From: Macrostomum lignano | Lineage: Eukaryota | Assembly (NCBI GenBank): GCA_002269645.1 | Contig: NIVC01001010.1 | Span: 310,001 to 374,000, forward strand | Length of the DNA stretch: 64,000 nt | Direction: 5' to 3' | In this document: positions 1 through 13,466 of the stretch, piece after piece | How positions within the stretch are numbered: position 1 is the first letter of the stretch | How the letters are laid out: every line of letters starts with the position of its first letter | Notes under the pieces: generated by a model | The model's database searches: none | Told to the model about the DNA's origin: nothing | Seen by the model: the letters and a program-made list of their open reading frames with translations, nothing else | Made by a program: the position numbers and the translations under genes

Positions 1-616
1 ACCAGGAGGGGCTGCCGGGGCGCCAGTACCCGGGGCGCCAGCACATGGGGCGTCAAAGCTGTTGCAAGGGTTACCCCATGTACTTTTGCCAGCGGATGGG
101 GGCGCCACGACCCCCCCCCCTTGCCCCCTAGCTTGCCCCTCCCCGATCAGATTTTGATAGTCGCCTGGCTGCACGATTAATTGAAGATCTGCACGGTGAA
201 CAAAACACAAAGCACAAAGAAAACACACGGCAGGATTGCCGCCATCATCGCCTAGAAGGAGCAGCTTAGTCTCTGCGCGTGCTATCCTGCCAGATCCGTT
301 CCTGCTGGTGCCCCCGACGAAGAGACGCAGCCCTTGACGCGCGACAGTTGGCCCACTTGATCTCTCTTGTACTGTCAGGCCGGGTGCAGCGCTTTCGAAT
401 CTTAATGAATTCTTTGGGAAAAGTCAAGTCTATTTGCCTGCGATTCTCGATCAAAAACCATCTCTATCTATCGCGTGCACTGCGTCTTGTGCGTGGCATT
501 TCATTTGTCTGCATGCCCATCAGTGGGGTATTGCGGTAAGACTAAAACAACTCAGACAAATGCCAAGTGGTGTACAAGACACTCTATTGAGCTGTACAAG
601 ATACGATTACTTTATT

Positions 617-2035
617 TAGCTGTGTACAATAATCTATGGCGAATGCCGAGCTGTGTACAATAATCTGAATAATCTATGGTGAATGCCGAGCTGTGTACAA
701 GAAATCTATGGTGATCAATGCCGAGCTGTGTACAATAATCTATGGTGAACGCTGAGCTGTGTACAATAATCTATGGTGAACGCCGAGCTGTGTACAATAA
801 TCTATGGTGAACGCCGAGCTGTGTACAATAATCTATGGTGAACGCTGAGCTGTGTACAATAATCTATGGTGAACGCCGAGCTGTGTACAATAATCTATGG
901 TGAACGCCGAGCTGTGTACAATAATCTATGGTGAACGCCGAGCTGTGTACAATAATCTATGGTGAACGCCGAGCTGTGTACAATAATCTATGGTGAATGC
1001 CGAGCTGTGTACAATAATCTATGGTGAATGCCGAGCTGTGTACAATAATCTATGGTGAACGCCGAGCTGTGTACAATAATCTATGGTGAACGCCGAGCTG
1101 TGTACAATAATCTATGGTGAACGCCGAGCTGTGTACAATAATCTATGGTGAACGCCGAGCTGTGTACAATAATCTATGGTGAACGCCGAGCTGTGTACAA
1201 TAATCTATGGTGAACGCTGAGCTGTGTACAATAATCTATGGTGAACGCCGAGCTGTGTACAATAATCTATGGTGAACGCCGAGCTGTGTACAATAATCTA
1301 TGGTGAACGCCGAGCTGTGTACAATAATCTATGGTGAATGCCGAGCTGTGTACAATAATCTATGGTGAACGCCGAGCTGTGTACAATAATCTATGGTGAA
1401 CGCCGAGCTGTGTACAATAATCTATGGTGAACGCCGAGCTGTGTACAATAATCTATGGTGAACGCTGAGCTGTGTACAATAATCTATGGTGAACGCCGAG
1501 CTGTGTACAATAATCTATGGTGAACGCCGAGCTGTGTACAATAATCTATGGTGATCAATGCCGAGCTGTGTACAATAGTCTATGGTGAATGCCGAGCTGT
1601 GTACAATAATCTATGGTGAACGCCGAGCTGTGTACAATAATCTATGGTGAACGCCGAGCTGTGTACAATAATCTATGGTGAATGCCGAGCTGTGTACAAT
1701 AATCTATGGTGAACGCCGAGCTGTGTACAATAATCTATGGTGAACGCCGAGCTGTGTACAATAATCTATGGTGAACGCCGAGCTGTGTACAATAATCTAT
1801 GGTGAATGCCGAGCTGTGTACAATAATCTATGGTGAATGCCGAGCTGTGTACAATAATCTATGGTGATCAACGCCGAGCTGTGTACAATAATCTATGGTG
1901 ATCAACGCCGAGCTGTGTACAATAATCTATGGTGATCAAGGCTGAGCTGTGTACAACAATAATCTATGGTGATCAACGCCGAGCTGTGTACAATAATCTA
2001 TGGTGATCAACGCCGAGCTGTGTACAAGAAATCTA
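617..2035. repeat. 31-bp minisatellite
   Basis: Unit GCCGAGCTGTGTACAATAATCTATGGTGAAC. Confidence 0.95.
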
Positions 2036-2851
2036 AGCATATTTAATCAGACAAATAAGCAGCATTTTTAGTTTATCTTCTATTCAAACAACAGACAAGA
2101 TGCAACACTGCGATTTAATAAAGTTATATTTATATGATAAAAAAGATTCGTTGGCTACAAAATGAGTTTATTGCTGCATACATGTAGTAATTGTACGCTC
2201 AAACAAGACAGAAACAATGACAACAAAGAAGCGAGCAGAATAAACAAAACACACGCGGGAAAAAGCACAAACAAAAGACAACAACACACAACTAGCTAAG
2301 CTAAATTGCGCGAGAAAAGAAAATCTCTAAAAATTTACGCGCTTTGAAGAAAATGATAAAAAAGAAACCGTTATGATAAACATTGCTATAGGGGTGCTGT
2401 GCAAGTCTATAGTAACATAATATTACTAAGCATAGCTATCTGCATACTCGTATTCCTGCTGAAAATTGCCAAAACTTCTAGAGAAAAGAGGAAACTGTTG
2501 TCAATAAAGTTAGCTGGGACCACGCCAGGCCAGCATCACATGAGGGGGGATAGCAGTCGCATTTGGGAAGAAAATTTTCTAAATAGTTGATCCCAGATCA
2601 TAGACGCGGGCCCTTGCTGGTCTCGAAGATCCAAACACAAAATGCTGAACAGCCTATGGTAAGTGAAAACAGAATCTGCACATTGTAAACACAGTTCGCC
2701 GTGGAGATCCGGTGGTACAGAAGGGAACGGGGAGGTGAGCTTTCAGCACTGCTGCCGGCTTCTTCAAGTCACTGATGGGGCTGGCTCGGATGCTGTGTTG
2801 CAAGCTGCGCCGCTGCGAATATTCACCACTGCAAGAGGCATTGTGGGGTCC

Positions 2852-3129
2852 CTGACTGACTGACTGACTGACTGACTGACTGACTGACTGACTGACTGAC
2901 TGACTGACTGACTGACTGACTGACTGACTGACTGACTGACTGACTGACTGACTGACTGACTGACTGACTGACTGACTGACTGACTGACTGACTGACTGAC
3001 TGACTGACTGACTGACTGACTGACTGACTGACTGACTGACTGACTGACTGACTGACTGACTGACTGACTGACTGACTGACTGACTGACTGACTGACTGAC
3101 TGACTGACTGACTGACTGACTGACTGACT

Positions 3130-3161
<32 letters not shown>

Positions 3162-3229
3162 GACTGACTGACTGACTGACTGACTGACTGACTGACTGAC
3201 TGACTGACTGACTGACTGACTGACTGACT
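2852..3229. repeat. (TGAC)n microsatellite just 3' of the zfh2 stop codon
   Basis: Near-perfect tetranucleotide run. Confidence 0.97.
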
Positions 3230-3247
3230 CATTTACTCACCATGCGT

Positions 3248-5111
3248 CTAAACAGCTTCCGCCTCTGCACTGGGCTCCGCAGCGACCTCCCTGACGGTCT
3301 TGCCATTGTCATCGGTTCCATCGTCCTCCGCCGCGGACTCGGCAGCCCGCAGCAGGGCAGCCAGGTGCCGCTCGGTGTACAAGTGCTCGCTAGCCGGCGA
3401 ATCAGCGGGCAGCTCGCCAGCGCACAGGCGGCACCGACCGCCAGGAAGGCCCAGCCAGCTGGCCGCAGGACTTGGCGACCGCTGAGTGGACGAGCCGCGG
3501 CCACGGCCACCGCCGCCGGCGTCGCCGCTGCTCACATTGTTGCTGAGCCAGGCGCGGATGAGACGGCCGGGGAGGCCGAGAGCGGCGGCCACAGATTCAA
3601 CCTGCGGCTCGGACGGGGCGCCGCCGTCGATGCGCAACAGCTGCTGTTGCTGCTCGAAAAGCAGCCGCAGAGCCACCGCCTGCTGGGGACTCGGCAAGCC
3701 GGCCGCGGCAGGCGTCTGCGGTTGCTGCCGCTGTTGCTGCTGCTGCCCAGCAGTGCTGAGATCGAGCGGAGCGTCCAGCTCCGGGTTCTCTTCCTCCTCC
3801 TCGGCGGCAACAGCAGTCCGACAGCCGAGCAGCCAGCTGCTGTCCGAAGGAATCTGCGACGCAGGCGTCGGCTGCCGCCGTTCAATGCGCGCCCGCTTGC
3901 GCCCGCTGGCAGCTTCGGCAGCTTCAACGGCTGCTGGAGCAGCGGCAGCAGTGGACATCTCGTCGCCGGCGGCGGCCGCGGAAGTAGCGGACGGCCGCGG
4001 ACGCTTTCGCCTCGCGGCGCCGAGCGCCTGAGTGTGCAGCTGAACGCGCACGTGCTGCTCAATCTCCTCGGGCCGGGCGGGGAGCACCTCCACCTTGCCG
4101 GTCTTCTCGTACTCCTCCAGGTTGAGCTGCGTAGCCGGCGGGATGCTGAAGTTATATGGCGAGTCTTTGCAGCGCTGCCGCTCCTTGAACAGCGTGTTGC
4201 GGAACCAGTGCTTGATCACCTTCACAGGCAGGCCGGTGTCGCCCGACATCTGAGCGATCAGCTGATCGTTTGGCGAGCTGTTCAGATTGAAATTGGCCTT
4301 CAGCACGCGTAGCTGGTCCTCCGTGATGCGGGTCCGCGCCCGCTTGCCGTTCTGCTGGCCGCCGCCACCGCCGCCACCGCCCGCGTCGCTACCGCCGTCT
4401 CCACTGCAGCCGCCAGCGCTGCCGGCGCCGCCGCCGCCACTGCTACCGCCGCTGGCAGCCGCGGACGAGCTGCTGTTGGTGCCAACCGACGAAGTAATCG
4501 CGGATGTCGCAGCAGCGGCACTCGTTGCCATCGCGATGGACGCAGCCGGAGTGACCGCTGCTGACTGTGCCGGCTTCGCCGACGGGGCCGTGCCGTTAGC
4601 GGCCTGAGCTGCCGCGGCGGCTACAGCGGCTGCTGCGGCGGCCACCGATGTTACTGGCGGCCCGGGCGGCGGCTTCGTAAGCGGCGACGGAATCAGCGGA
4701 GGCAGGAAGTGGCAGAGCAGCGGCGGCGGGTGGGTGGGCGGAGATCCGGCCGACGAGGCAGCGATGGAATGCGGCGGCAGCGGCGGCGGCGGCGGCGGCG
4801 GAACAGCCAGCGAGGCCGCAGACATGGACGATGGTGTCGGATGCGGCGGGTGCAGCGGGAACGGCAACAGCAGCGGCGGCAGGAAGAGCGGCAGCTGATG
4901 AGACTTGGCGTGCGACCTCAGGTGCTCCGGGCCGGCGCAGGCGAGGCCGCAGAGCGGGCAGCGGCAGCTGGCCAGCCGCTTGTGCGTGTTGGAGCGCATG
5001 TGGGCCGCCAGCTGGATCTGGGTGCCGAAGCCCACCTGGCACTGCTCGCAGCGGTAGACCTCGCCGCATCCGCCAGTTGGCGAAGATTCCGACGGAACGG
5101 CCGAGACGGAA

Positions 5112-5143
<32 letters not shown>

Positions 5144-5402
5144 TGGCGTCAAGTGAAGAGTCTCGTAGTGGAGGCGGAGCTCCACCGAGCTACCCAGCCG
5201 CTGGTGGCAAAGCAGGCAGGCGAGCCGACTGGCCGCGTGCTGCCGTCGGTGCCGCTCCAGCTGGCGGCCATCCCTGAAGGCCAGACGGCAGGCGGCGCAG
5301 GCGTGGGGGAATCTGGCGGAGGAAGCCGCCGCTGCCGCCGAACCGCTGGACGGCAGCTCGGCGTCGCCGCCGGCAGAGCGGGTTGTCTTGGCGTGGATTT
5401 CG
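3248..5402 (-). CDS. zfh2: zfh2-like last coding exon (C2H2 fingers, homeodomain, PLDLS motif)
   Basis: Acceptor CCCGCAG|C, in frame with ORF 3248..5185. Homeodomain [19 protein letters not shown]...[25 protein letters not shown] is ZFHX/zfh2 type. Stop at 3248-3250. Confidence 0.92.
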
Positions 5403-6310
5403 CTGCGGGATTTATAAGCATAATATTTTTACGTTACTACTGGCAGTAGGGTGGCTTGCTTATCACTATTCTTGAACTATGCTGGCTCTGAGCCTTTTTA
5501 ACAAAACTGTGCAGCCAAAAAATGCAAATTTGCGAGCCCGCCCTGCTGAGAATGTCTATGGCCAAAAGCCTATTGGTTTAGCAGTGCAAAGCCAGCGCTA
5601 GCTGAGACACTCACTGTCTATGGCAAATCCTCACTTGTCTAATTAAAAGGAAGCAAAGCAAAGCGGTCTTGAATACTGAGACAAAGATCGAATTTATATG
5701 TCTAATGAAATTTTTACGAGCCCTACTGCAAGTAGACAGTTCGGGTTACTATAGAAAAAGTCTAAAACAGCTTCGAAGAGGGAGAGGAGACCTGAACCAA
5801 CAAGAATTATTTGGCCTGCAAAAAAACACAGAGAAAATATTAAACCAGTAAAAACCGGAAGTAGGGAGGAAGAGTGGAAAAAATGATGGAGCCAATAAGG
5901 AACCAGACGAGGATAAATGGATGGATGAGAAAGAATATCCCGTCGGCCTGGATTGCATCGGGAACGGAACTGGAATAAAAAAGGCCTGGGACAATAAAGA
6001 GAAAAGAATGATGAAGCGGGGAGACTGGATTGCCAGACTCTTCAAGACTCTTCTATTGCTTAAAAACTCTACGCTGAGATCATTTCTGGTTAAAGTTTTT
6101 CAGCACCAAATTTCCTGTCTCAAATCCAAAGCAATTTCTGTGTTTTTATACTCTGCTATCTGTGCTGCTATAACTCTTCAAGCTAGATTGGAGAGTTGAA
6201 ACAAGCCAAGAGTCATCTGCGAGTTAGCGTCGGAATAGAGTGGGAACTGGGATTCAAAACTTAAAATTTGTGTTTATGATAGACTGCCAGTCACGTGTCT
6301 CTAAGAGCTT

Positions 6311-7217
6311 GATTAGCAATCCATTCTATTCTCTAATCAGTATTGACTAGATTAGCAATCCATTCTATTCTCTAATTAGTATTGAATAGATTAGCAACCC
6401 ATTCTATTCTCTAATCAGTATTGACTAGATTAGCAATCCATTCTATTCTCTAATCAGTATTGACTAGATTAGCAATCCATTCTATTCTCTAATCAGTATT
6501 GACTAGATTAGCAATCCATTCTATTCTCTAATCAGTATTGACTAGATTAGCAATCCATTCTATTCTCTAATCAGTATTGACTAGATTAGCAATCCATTCT
6601 ATTCTCTAATTAGTATTGACTAGATTAACAATCCATTCTATTCTCTAACTAGTATTGACTAGATTAGCAATCCATTCTATTCTCTAATCAGTATTGACTA
6701 GATTAGCAATCCATTCTATTCTCTAATCAGTATTGACTAGATTAGCAATCCATTCTATTCTCTAATTAGTATTGACTAGATTAACAATCCATTCTATTCT
6801 CTAACTAGTATTGACTAGATTAGCAATCCATTCTATTCTCTAATCAGTATTGACTAGATTAGCAATCCATTCTATTCTCTAATCAGTATTGACTAGATTA
6901 GCAATCCATTCTATTCTATTCTCTAATCAGTATTGACTAGATTAGCGATCCATTCTATTCTCTAATTAGTATTGACTAGATTAGCGATCCATTCTATTCT
7001 CTAATCAGTATTAACTAGATTAGCAATCCATTCTATTCTATTCTCTAATCAGTATTGGCTAGATTAACAATCCATTCTATTCTCTAATCAGTATTGACTA
7101 GATTAGCAATCCATTCCATTCTATTCTCTAATCCGCATTGACTAGATTAGCAATCCATTCCATTCTATTCTTTAATCCGCGTTGACTAGATGACTAGATT
7201 AGCAATCCATTCTATTC
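6311..7217. repeat. 39-bp minisatellite (zfh2 intron 4)
   Basis: Unit GACTAGATTAGCAATCCATTCTATTCTCTAATCAGTATT. Confidence 0.95.
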
Positions 7218-7299
7218 TAATACTTTATCCTTAATAGGCCCCGCCCGCCCAGGTCACAGGAAGCAGTAGTCACAGGTAATAAAAAATGAATGCACTCAC

Positions 7300-7546
7300 G
7301 TGAAGTGCATCTGCAAGGTGTCCAGATCCGGGAAGTACTGGTTGCAGCCCTTGCGCCAGCACAGGTAACCAGGAGCCGCCTGGCCCTGCCTGTCCACCAG
7401 CAGCCTGTGGTGGCCGGCCTCTCGCTGATGGCGGAGCAGCTCCTCGAGGCTGGCGGCCGTGACGTGGCAGGCCTGACAGCGGAACTGTTGCTGCTCCTCG
7501 CCTGGCGACTCCGCAGTCGGCGGCAGCAGCAGGATGTCGGCTTCCG
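7300..7546 (-). CDS. zfh2: zfh2-like coding exon 4
   Basis: Acceptor TTGCAG|CG and donor AC|GTGAGT, phase 1 to 2. Encodes FRCQACH...RH and the ZFHX-type YLCWRKGCNQYFPDLDTLQMHF finger. Confidence 0.85.
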
Positions 7547-7641
7547 CTGCAATAAATACGAGCGTAGCAAATCATGATCGATCAGCTTTACCCGCGAAAT
7601 CCGGGATTCGAACCCGGGACCTTTGTTACGATGGACCCAAT

Positions 7642-7962
7642 GTTTCTTTTTTATTGGTGTCAGGGGACTGCGTGCACTCTGGCGCACTTTAAGCGACATT
7701 GTCACACAACCGGCGAGAGGTATTACTGTGATGCACATTCCGCCGACTCCCCTGAGCAGGCACACACTCACACAGGAGTGTACAGCGGCCCTAACTTTAT
7801 TTATCTTTATGGCATGTACACTTCACTGCGCCTTGGGGGCTGGTCATCAAGGCCGTTAATTGCACGAGCAGACCCTAGCTGAGATTCCAATTTAGCCCCA
7901 GATTAATGTGACTGCACTTGGAATCGAGCCTGGGCCGCTGGCACACCGGAGCACGCCCTAAA
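7642..7962 (-). mobile_element. tRNA-derived SINE family 1, copy A
   Basis: The reverse complement has a B-box (GGCTCGATTCC), a body colinear with 30943-31310 and an A-rich tail. An extra B-box fragment lies adjacent at about 7595-7622. Confidence 0.75.
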
Positions 7963-8011
7963 TGACGCACCTATATTTTTTTGGCCAAAAATGCCTGGCA
8001 CTGGCACTCAC

Positions 8012-8461
8012 CGCAGCTGGGGTCGCACGTGATCACAAAATCGGTTTCGTCAGCAGCGGCCTCTTCATCAGCTTCAGCCGATGATGCCAGGGGCAACTCC
8101 GGCTGCTCCTCTTCGACTGGACCCGTCACGTCAACGATGTCCTCGTCGACCTCGGCGCCTTCCGCCTGCTCATCCTCCTTGCTGGCAGCCGGAGGCGTCG
8201 CCCGCTGCTGCCGCTGCCGCCGCCGGCCGCCGGCCTCCTCCACGGCCGTGTCGGCCATTTCGATGAATCTCTCCAGCTGCTCATCGGAGACAGAGTGGGC
8301 GCTGCGCAGGTGGCTACGAAGGGCGTTGAACTTGGTGCTGGAGTCGCCTTCGGCCGAGCAGCCGCAGCGGCAGCACGGGCACAGGTACACCAGCTTGGAC
8401 CTGGCAGCTGAGTAACGCATTGTTGAGCTGGGATCAGCGGCGCCGCTGCTGCTACTGCTGT
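8012..8461 (-). CDS. zfh2: zfh2-like coding exon 3
   Basis: Acceptor TTGCAG|AC and donor G|GTGAGT, phase 1 to 1. Encodes a C2H2-like finger (YLCPCC...LRSHLRSAH) and an acidic region. Confidence 0.8.
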
Positions 8462-8839
8462 CTGCAATACAGGGGGGGGGGTGGGTTCGAACTTGCGTCG
8501 TGCACACGGACAAGACATTCTGTTAGCTAGAAAATAGAAAATTTCTAGCTCGATAGATTACAGTAAATTAGATATAAACAGGCTTTCTTTGGAAGAATAG
8601 AAAATTTTAAATTAGAAACGTAGAAGACATTAGTACCAGCAAAGAGATCTAGCACAGCACAGGTGCATACTCGTACAAAAGTGCACAGAGTGAATTTGAT
8701 CTGGAATTTAAAGCTCCAGCATTTTTCATAATTCAAGTTTTTTGCCTTGTCCAGTGCGCCACAATGCCAATCACTTGAGCCTGCGGCGGGTCTGTAACCA
8801 TGGACGCCACAAACATAACTGCCGAACATAACACTATAA

Positions 8840-9020
8840 TAAACTAAAACCTGTTCTAAAACCTAATTCCCTACGCACTAACCCTAAAAATCTAACCTAA
8901 CCCTAGCTATAAACCCGACATAAACCCGGAAACAAATCTAACTTAAATCCTATCCTAAACCCTTAATCTAAGCCCTAAATCATAAATCCTAAACTCTGAC
9001 CTAACTTTAAACCTAACCTA
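8840..9020. repeat. degenerate telomere-like (TAACCC/TAAACC) tract
   Basis: Loose 6-7-nt periodicity of CTAA(A)CC-like words. Confidence 0.5.
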
Positions 9021-9427
9021 CTTCATAGATCGTAGGCAGTCCAATTATCTTGCCCCGGTCCTTTCACAGCTCTCACTTGGCAGTTGAAATGCTAATTTGT
9101 ACAGTGAGACAGGCACTACGATTGGCGTATAGTTAAAGTACAGATAGACACACAGGTAGAAGAGTCACACTTGCACGTGTGCTAAATAAAGCGGTAAAAC
9201 TTATAGTCAGAGATAGGCTATTAAAGACTTAAAGATGATATAGACAAATATATAACAGATAACAGATTGACTGGTAGATTGGTTGGACATTTACTCGACT
9301 GCTCATTCTGGTTGAGTTCATAATTCCAACACTGATGCGGACTGCAAGGAGACTGCAAGTTGTTCGAGTTTCAGTATTAATAAATTTATTATTATTGGAA
9401 TCAACGGTAATAGCCAGGATTGCTATT

Positions 9428-9612
9428 GGGGGCGAGGGGCGCCAAGGGGCGCCAGCACCAAGGGGCGCCAGCACCAAGGGGCGTCAGCACCAAGGGGCGC
9501 CAGCACCAAGGGACGCCAGCACCAAGGGGCGCCAGCGCCAAGGGGCGCCAGCGCCAAGGGGCGCCAGTACCAAGGGGTGCCAGCACCAAGGGGCGACAGC
9601 GCCAAGAGGCGC
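9428..9612. repeat. 16-bp GGGGCGCCAGCACCAA array, probably inside a decayed MITE
   Basis: Tandem units; the left flank TAGCCAGGATT...ATTGGGGG resembles the left end of the 63-kb MITE. Confidence 0.8.
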
Positions 9613-11259
9613 CAAAGAACACATCAAAGTAGTTGTTGGGGGATATGCAAAATTGGGAACTGCGGATGGGGCGATATGGGGGGCCCCTAGTTTTGGCAAC
9701 ACTGCAGAGCTTTGAAAAGGACTCACCAGGAAATACCGGCAAAATGCTACGTCTCGCAATCAGGGGGAAAAAGCCCTGGCAACTAACGAAGATTTCTGAG
9801 ATGAAGATATAAATATACGCGGCTCTCTAGTTCGCGCTGTTTATCTTGGAGCGGCGAAAAACCCCTCAGAGTGGCCGGTCCGGTGGATTAAAAAACTGAA
9901 TGAATGAATTGAATCTAGAGTTTTGAATTGTGTAGAGGAGGCTGGGATGGCGGGGGGGGGGCGGCTAGAGAAATAAAGGAGTTGCGGGTCAGCCAGCTAT
10001 TATTTTCCATGAATAGAATGGGATCAGCCAATGCGATGCTCTCCCTCTCTCTCTCTAATGGAAAGATTAGGCAACCCCCTCCCCCCTTAAAAGCGGGATT
10101 TATTAAGACTGCAGACTCAAGTTGAAAACGGACGAGATCGGGAAGAAAAGGCGCAACGTTGGGATTAAAATGAGAGAGAGAGATTGAGGAATAAAAGAGA
10201 GAGAGGCGGGAGGGAGAAAGAAAAGGGGGGTTGCAGCGTCTTGCTTTCACATGCAGATTTTCTGGGGATGGGTGGTTGGGCTGGCGGGTCCCAATGGGAG
10301 TCTTGGAGCTGGGGTTTGAGCAGATGAAGCTCATATTGAGGCGATAGGGGTGGGGACAGAGGTCCCCCTCTCTCTCCCGGCACACACAGACTCACGAAAC
10401 TCTTGCAAGCCAGAGCAGCGCGAGAAGGCAACTGTCCCAACTTTATTATTAGCGAGACCAATTAGACAATGGCTGGGTGTGGGGGGGGGGCGCTCCGTCA
10501 CACAGTCAGCTACCGTAAACTGGGCAAGGATGATGGAAGCCGATGCTGACTGAAGGAAGAAGAAAAGAAGGAAGGCCTGTGGGAGGAAGCAGCGGCAGAA
10601 GCCACCCCCTCCCCATCCCCGGAGCAGATCCTCAAGGAGTTTTAATCACAGCCCGGGCAATCGTCAATTGCCAAGTCTCAGAGCCCGGGGCGGGGGCCCC
10701 AAACAATGAGCAGGCTTTTGAGCTGGTCAGGAAGTGCATTTGTGCTGGGTGCTCTATCACGAGACAAAGCAGGGGGCTAAGGAATGGGTCTCCATTCTCT
10801 TGCAGCACCGGATGCGAGAGCGCGGGCTGCGGGGGAAGCCGAGGCTGCGGGACCCCATGGGAAACATTGTTTCGTGCTCAAAACTCCCGCTAAGGACCCG
10901 GGCAGGTAGGTGTGAGTGGAGCACGCAGATTCTTTCTGGCTGTTCTCTCTTTCTTCAAATCTTCTTCTTCACTTGCTCCGAGGGGAAGACTGGGAGGAAG
11001 GAGAGAAGAAGAAGCAGAGGGGATGAAAAATCAGGCCAGCCAAGGGCCTGGGATGGCCGGAGCAGCCGGTTGCCCCAAGCCCGGTAGGTAACTGAGGCAG
11101 GTGTTGTGCCAGCGGCTTTATTTTTTTCAGGGCTTAAAGCAGCAGCAGCAAAAATAGCTGCAATGTTGCAAGCAGTTGCAAAGTTCTTGCTTTTACACAA
11201 AGTCATCTACCGTTGTTGGGCAGTTTCTGAGATTTGGAATCAAGTACTAGAGTAGTCTG

Positions 11260-11880
11260 CCTACCACACTGAGGTGGAGCTACTAGGGTAGCCTGTCTAC
11301 CACACTGAGGAACCTGCCGATCACACTGAGGTAGAGGGCTACTAGGGTTGCCTGCCTACCACACTGAGGAGCCTGCCTACCACACTGAGGTAGAGGGCTA
11401 CTAGGGTAGCCTGTCTACCACACTTAGGTAGAGGGATACTAGGGTAGCCTACCACACAGAGCTAGGTAGAGGGCTACTAGGGTAGCCTGCCTACCACACT
11501 GAGGTAGAGGGATACTAGGGTAGCCTACCACACAGAGCTAGGTAGAGGGCTACTAGGGTAGCCTGCCTACCACACTGAGGTAGAGGGTTACTAGGGTAGC
11601 CTACCACACAGAGCTAGGTAGAGGGTTACTAGGGTACTCGTAGCCTACCACACAGAGCTAGGTAGAGGGTTACTAGGGTACTCGTAGCCTACCACACAGA
11701 GCTAGGTAGAGGGTTACTAGGGTAGCCTACCACACAGAGCTAGGTAGAGGGTTACTAGGGTAGCCTACCACACAGAGCTAGGTAGAGGGTTACTAGGGTA
11801 GCCTACCACACAGAGCTAGGTAGAGGGTTACTAGGGTAGCCTACCACACAGAGCTAGGTAGAGGGTTACTAGGGTAGCCA
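11260..11880. repeat. 38-bp minisatellite
   Basis: Unit TAGGTAGAGGGTTACTAGGGTAGCCTACCACACAGAGC with variants. Confidence 0.9.
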
Positions 11881-12835
11881 CTAGGATAGTGCATCATTCC
11901 GTGTACTAGCTTGCCAAGTGTCAATGATATATACTACCCTATAATTTTTAATTATATATTTCAGGCGCATTACTAACAGTAGTCGCATCAGGCATAAAAA
12001 ACCGTTGTCCAAAACCTCTATGGACTCAATGGCTAATGGCTAAATATGGCTAAATATGCAGGTATATTGCCGAAATTCGAGCACTAGCTCGTAACAGCCT
12101 CGCTTGAACAATGAATGATGAATAAATAATGCAAAATTTCGGATTGAAAGAAGAATCTAGAAAAAGATTGACAAGCATTTATGCATATAAAACAACGCTA
12201 AACAAACAAATGACAATTGTTGGTTCGATTTCCACTTCAAATAGACATGACGGCCCACTCGATCAGTGTCTCAGTTGTCAAGGGCACGGGAGCAGCCTCG
12301 ATGAAGAGGTTTCTCCTATCAAAAAAATGGAGCCCACTGTTGAGCCAGTGAAATGGCCTATAAGCCGGTCCTGGAACAATGACGCTTTATTCCGGCTGTC
12401 TGAACTCCTGACCCTATAGCGCTTTCCGGGAAACACAAGTCCATACAGGGCTCGGTTACGTGAGCAGGCAGGCGTGCGAATGGGAAACCTTTATAGGGCT
12501 TGCCTAAGGGGGTTGGGGGCAAAAGGTGAAGTTCAGAAGCTCTTCGGGGCAGATCAAGATTATGAAAACTCAGCGAGCCGTGCACATTTTGTAAGTAGGC
12601 TATGAGTGTCTGAATCCACTTTGGCAACTGAGTCACACAGAAGCTTTTCAAACTTTATTTGTAAGTCGCTTATTGAACCCGAAAATCCTTGCTATAAATC
12701 AATTTAACTATAAAGTCTAAGCCGATCGTTCCAACTTTTATCAATTATCACTGAAGCGGCAATACCTTAAATATCTCTGCAAAATAACCAAATGTAGTGC
12801 GAGTACAAACAGTCTCTGAAGGACAGGAAATCGCA

Positions 12836-13466
12836 AGGATCGGGGCTAAAGGGCAGCACCAGGTCCTGAAGGATCAGGGCAAGAGGGCAGCACCAGGTCC
12901 TGAAGGATCAGGGCAAGAGGGCAGCACCAGGTCCTGAAGGATCAGGGCAAGAGGGCAGCACCAGGTCCTGAAGGATCAGGGCAAGAGGGCAGCACCAGGT
13001 CCTGAAGGATCGGGGCAAGAGGGCAGCACCAGGTCCTGAAGGATCGGGGCAAGAGGGCAGCACCAGGTCCTGAAGGATCGGGGCAAGAGGGCAGCACCAG
13101 GTCCTGAAGGATCGGGGCTAAAGGGCAGCACCAGGTCCTGAAGGATCGGGGCAAGAGGGCAGCACCAGGTCCTGAAGGATCGGGGCAAGAGGGCAGCACC
13201 AGGTCCTGAAGGATCGGGGCAAGAGGGCAGCACCAGGTCCTGAAGGATCGGGGCAAGAGGGCAGCACCAGGTCCTGTAGGATCGGGGCAAGAGGGCAGCA
13301 CCAGGTCCTGAAGGATCAGGGCAAGAGGGCAGCACCAGGTCCTGAAGGATCAGGGCTAGAGGGCAGCACCAGGTCCTGAAGGATCAGGGCAAGAGGGCAG
13401 CACCAGGTCCTGAAGGATCAGGGCAAGAGGGCAGCACCAGGTCCTGAAGGATCGGGGCAAGAGGGC
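12836..13466. repeat. 34-bp minisatellite
   Basis: Unit GGATCGGGGCAAGAGGGCAGCACCAGGTCCTGAA. Confidence 0.95.

Noticed and set aside
3242-5449. Long + strand ORFs opposite zfh2 exons (also opposite SNF8, FoxO, tubulin and 20588-21676)
   Set aside because: Antisense shadows of GC-rich coding sequence with no recognisable domains.
5669-6199. Short ORFs in zfh2 intron 4 (similarly 266-539 and 12129-12651)
   Set aside because: No recognisable motif or splice-phase fit. They may be decayed repeats but cannot be supported without a search.
8044-8072. CTGATGA...GAAAC hammerhead-like word on the - strand
   Set aside because: It lies in zfh2 coding sequence (ADEEAAADET) and has no helix II pairing.
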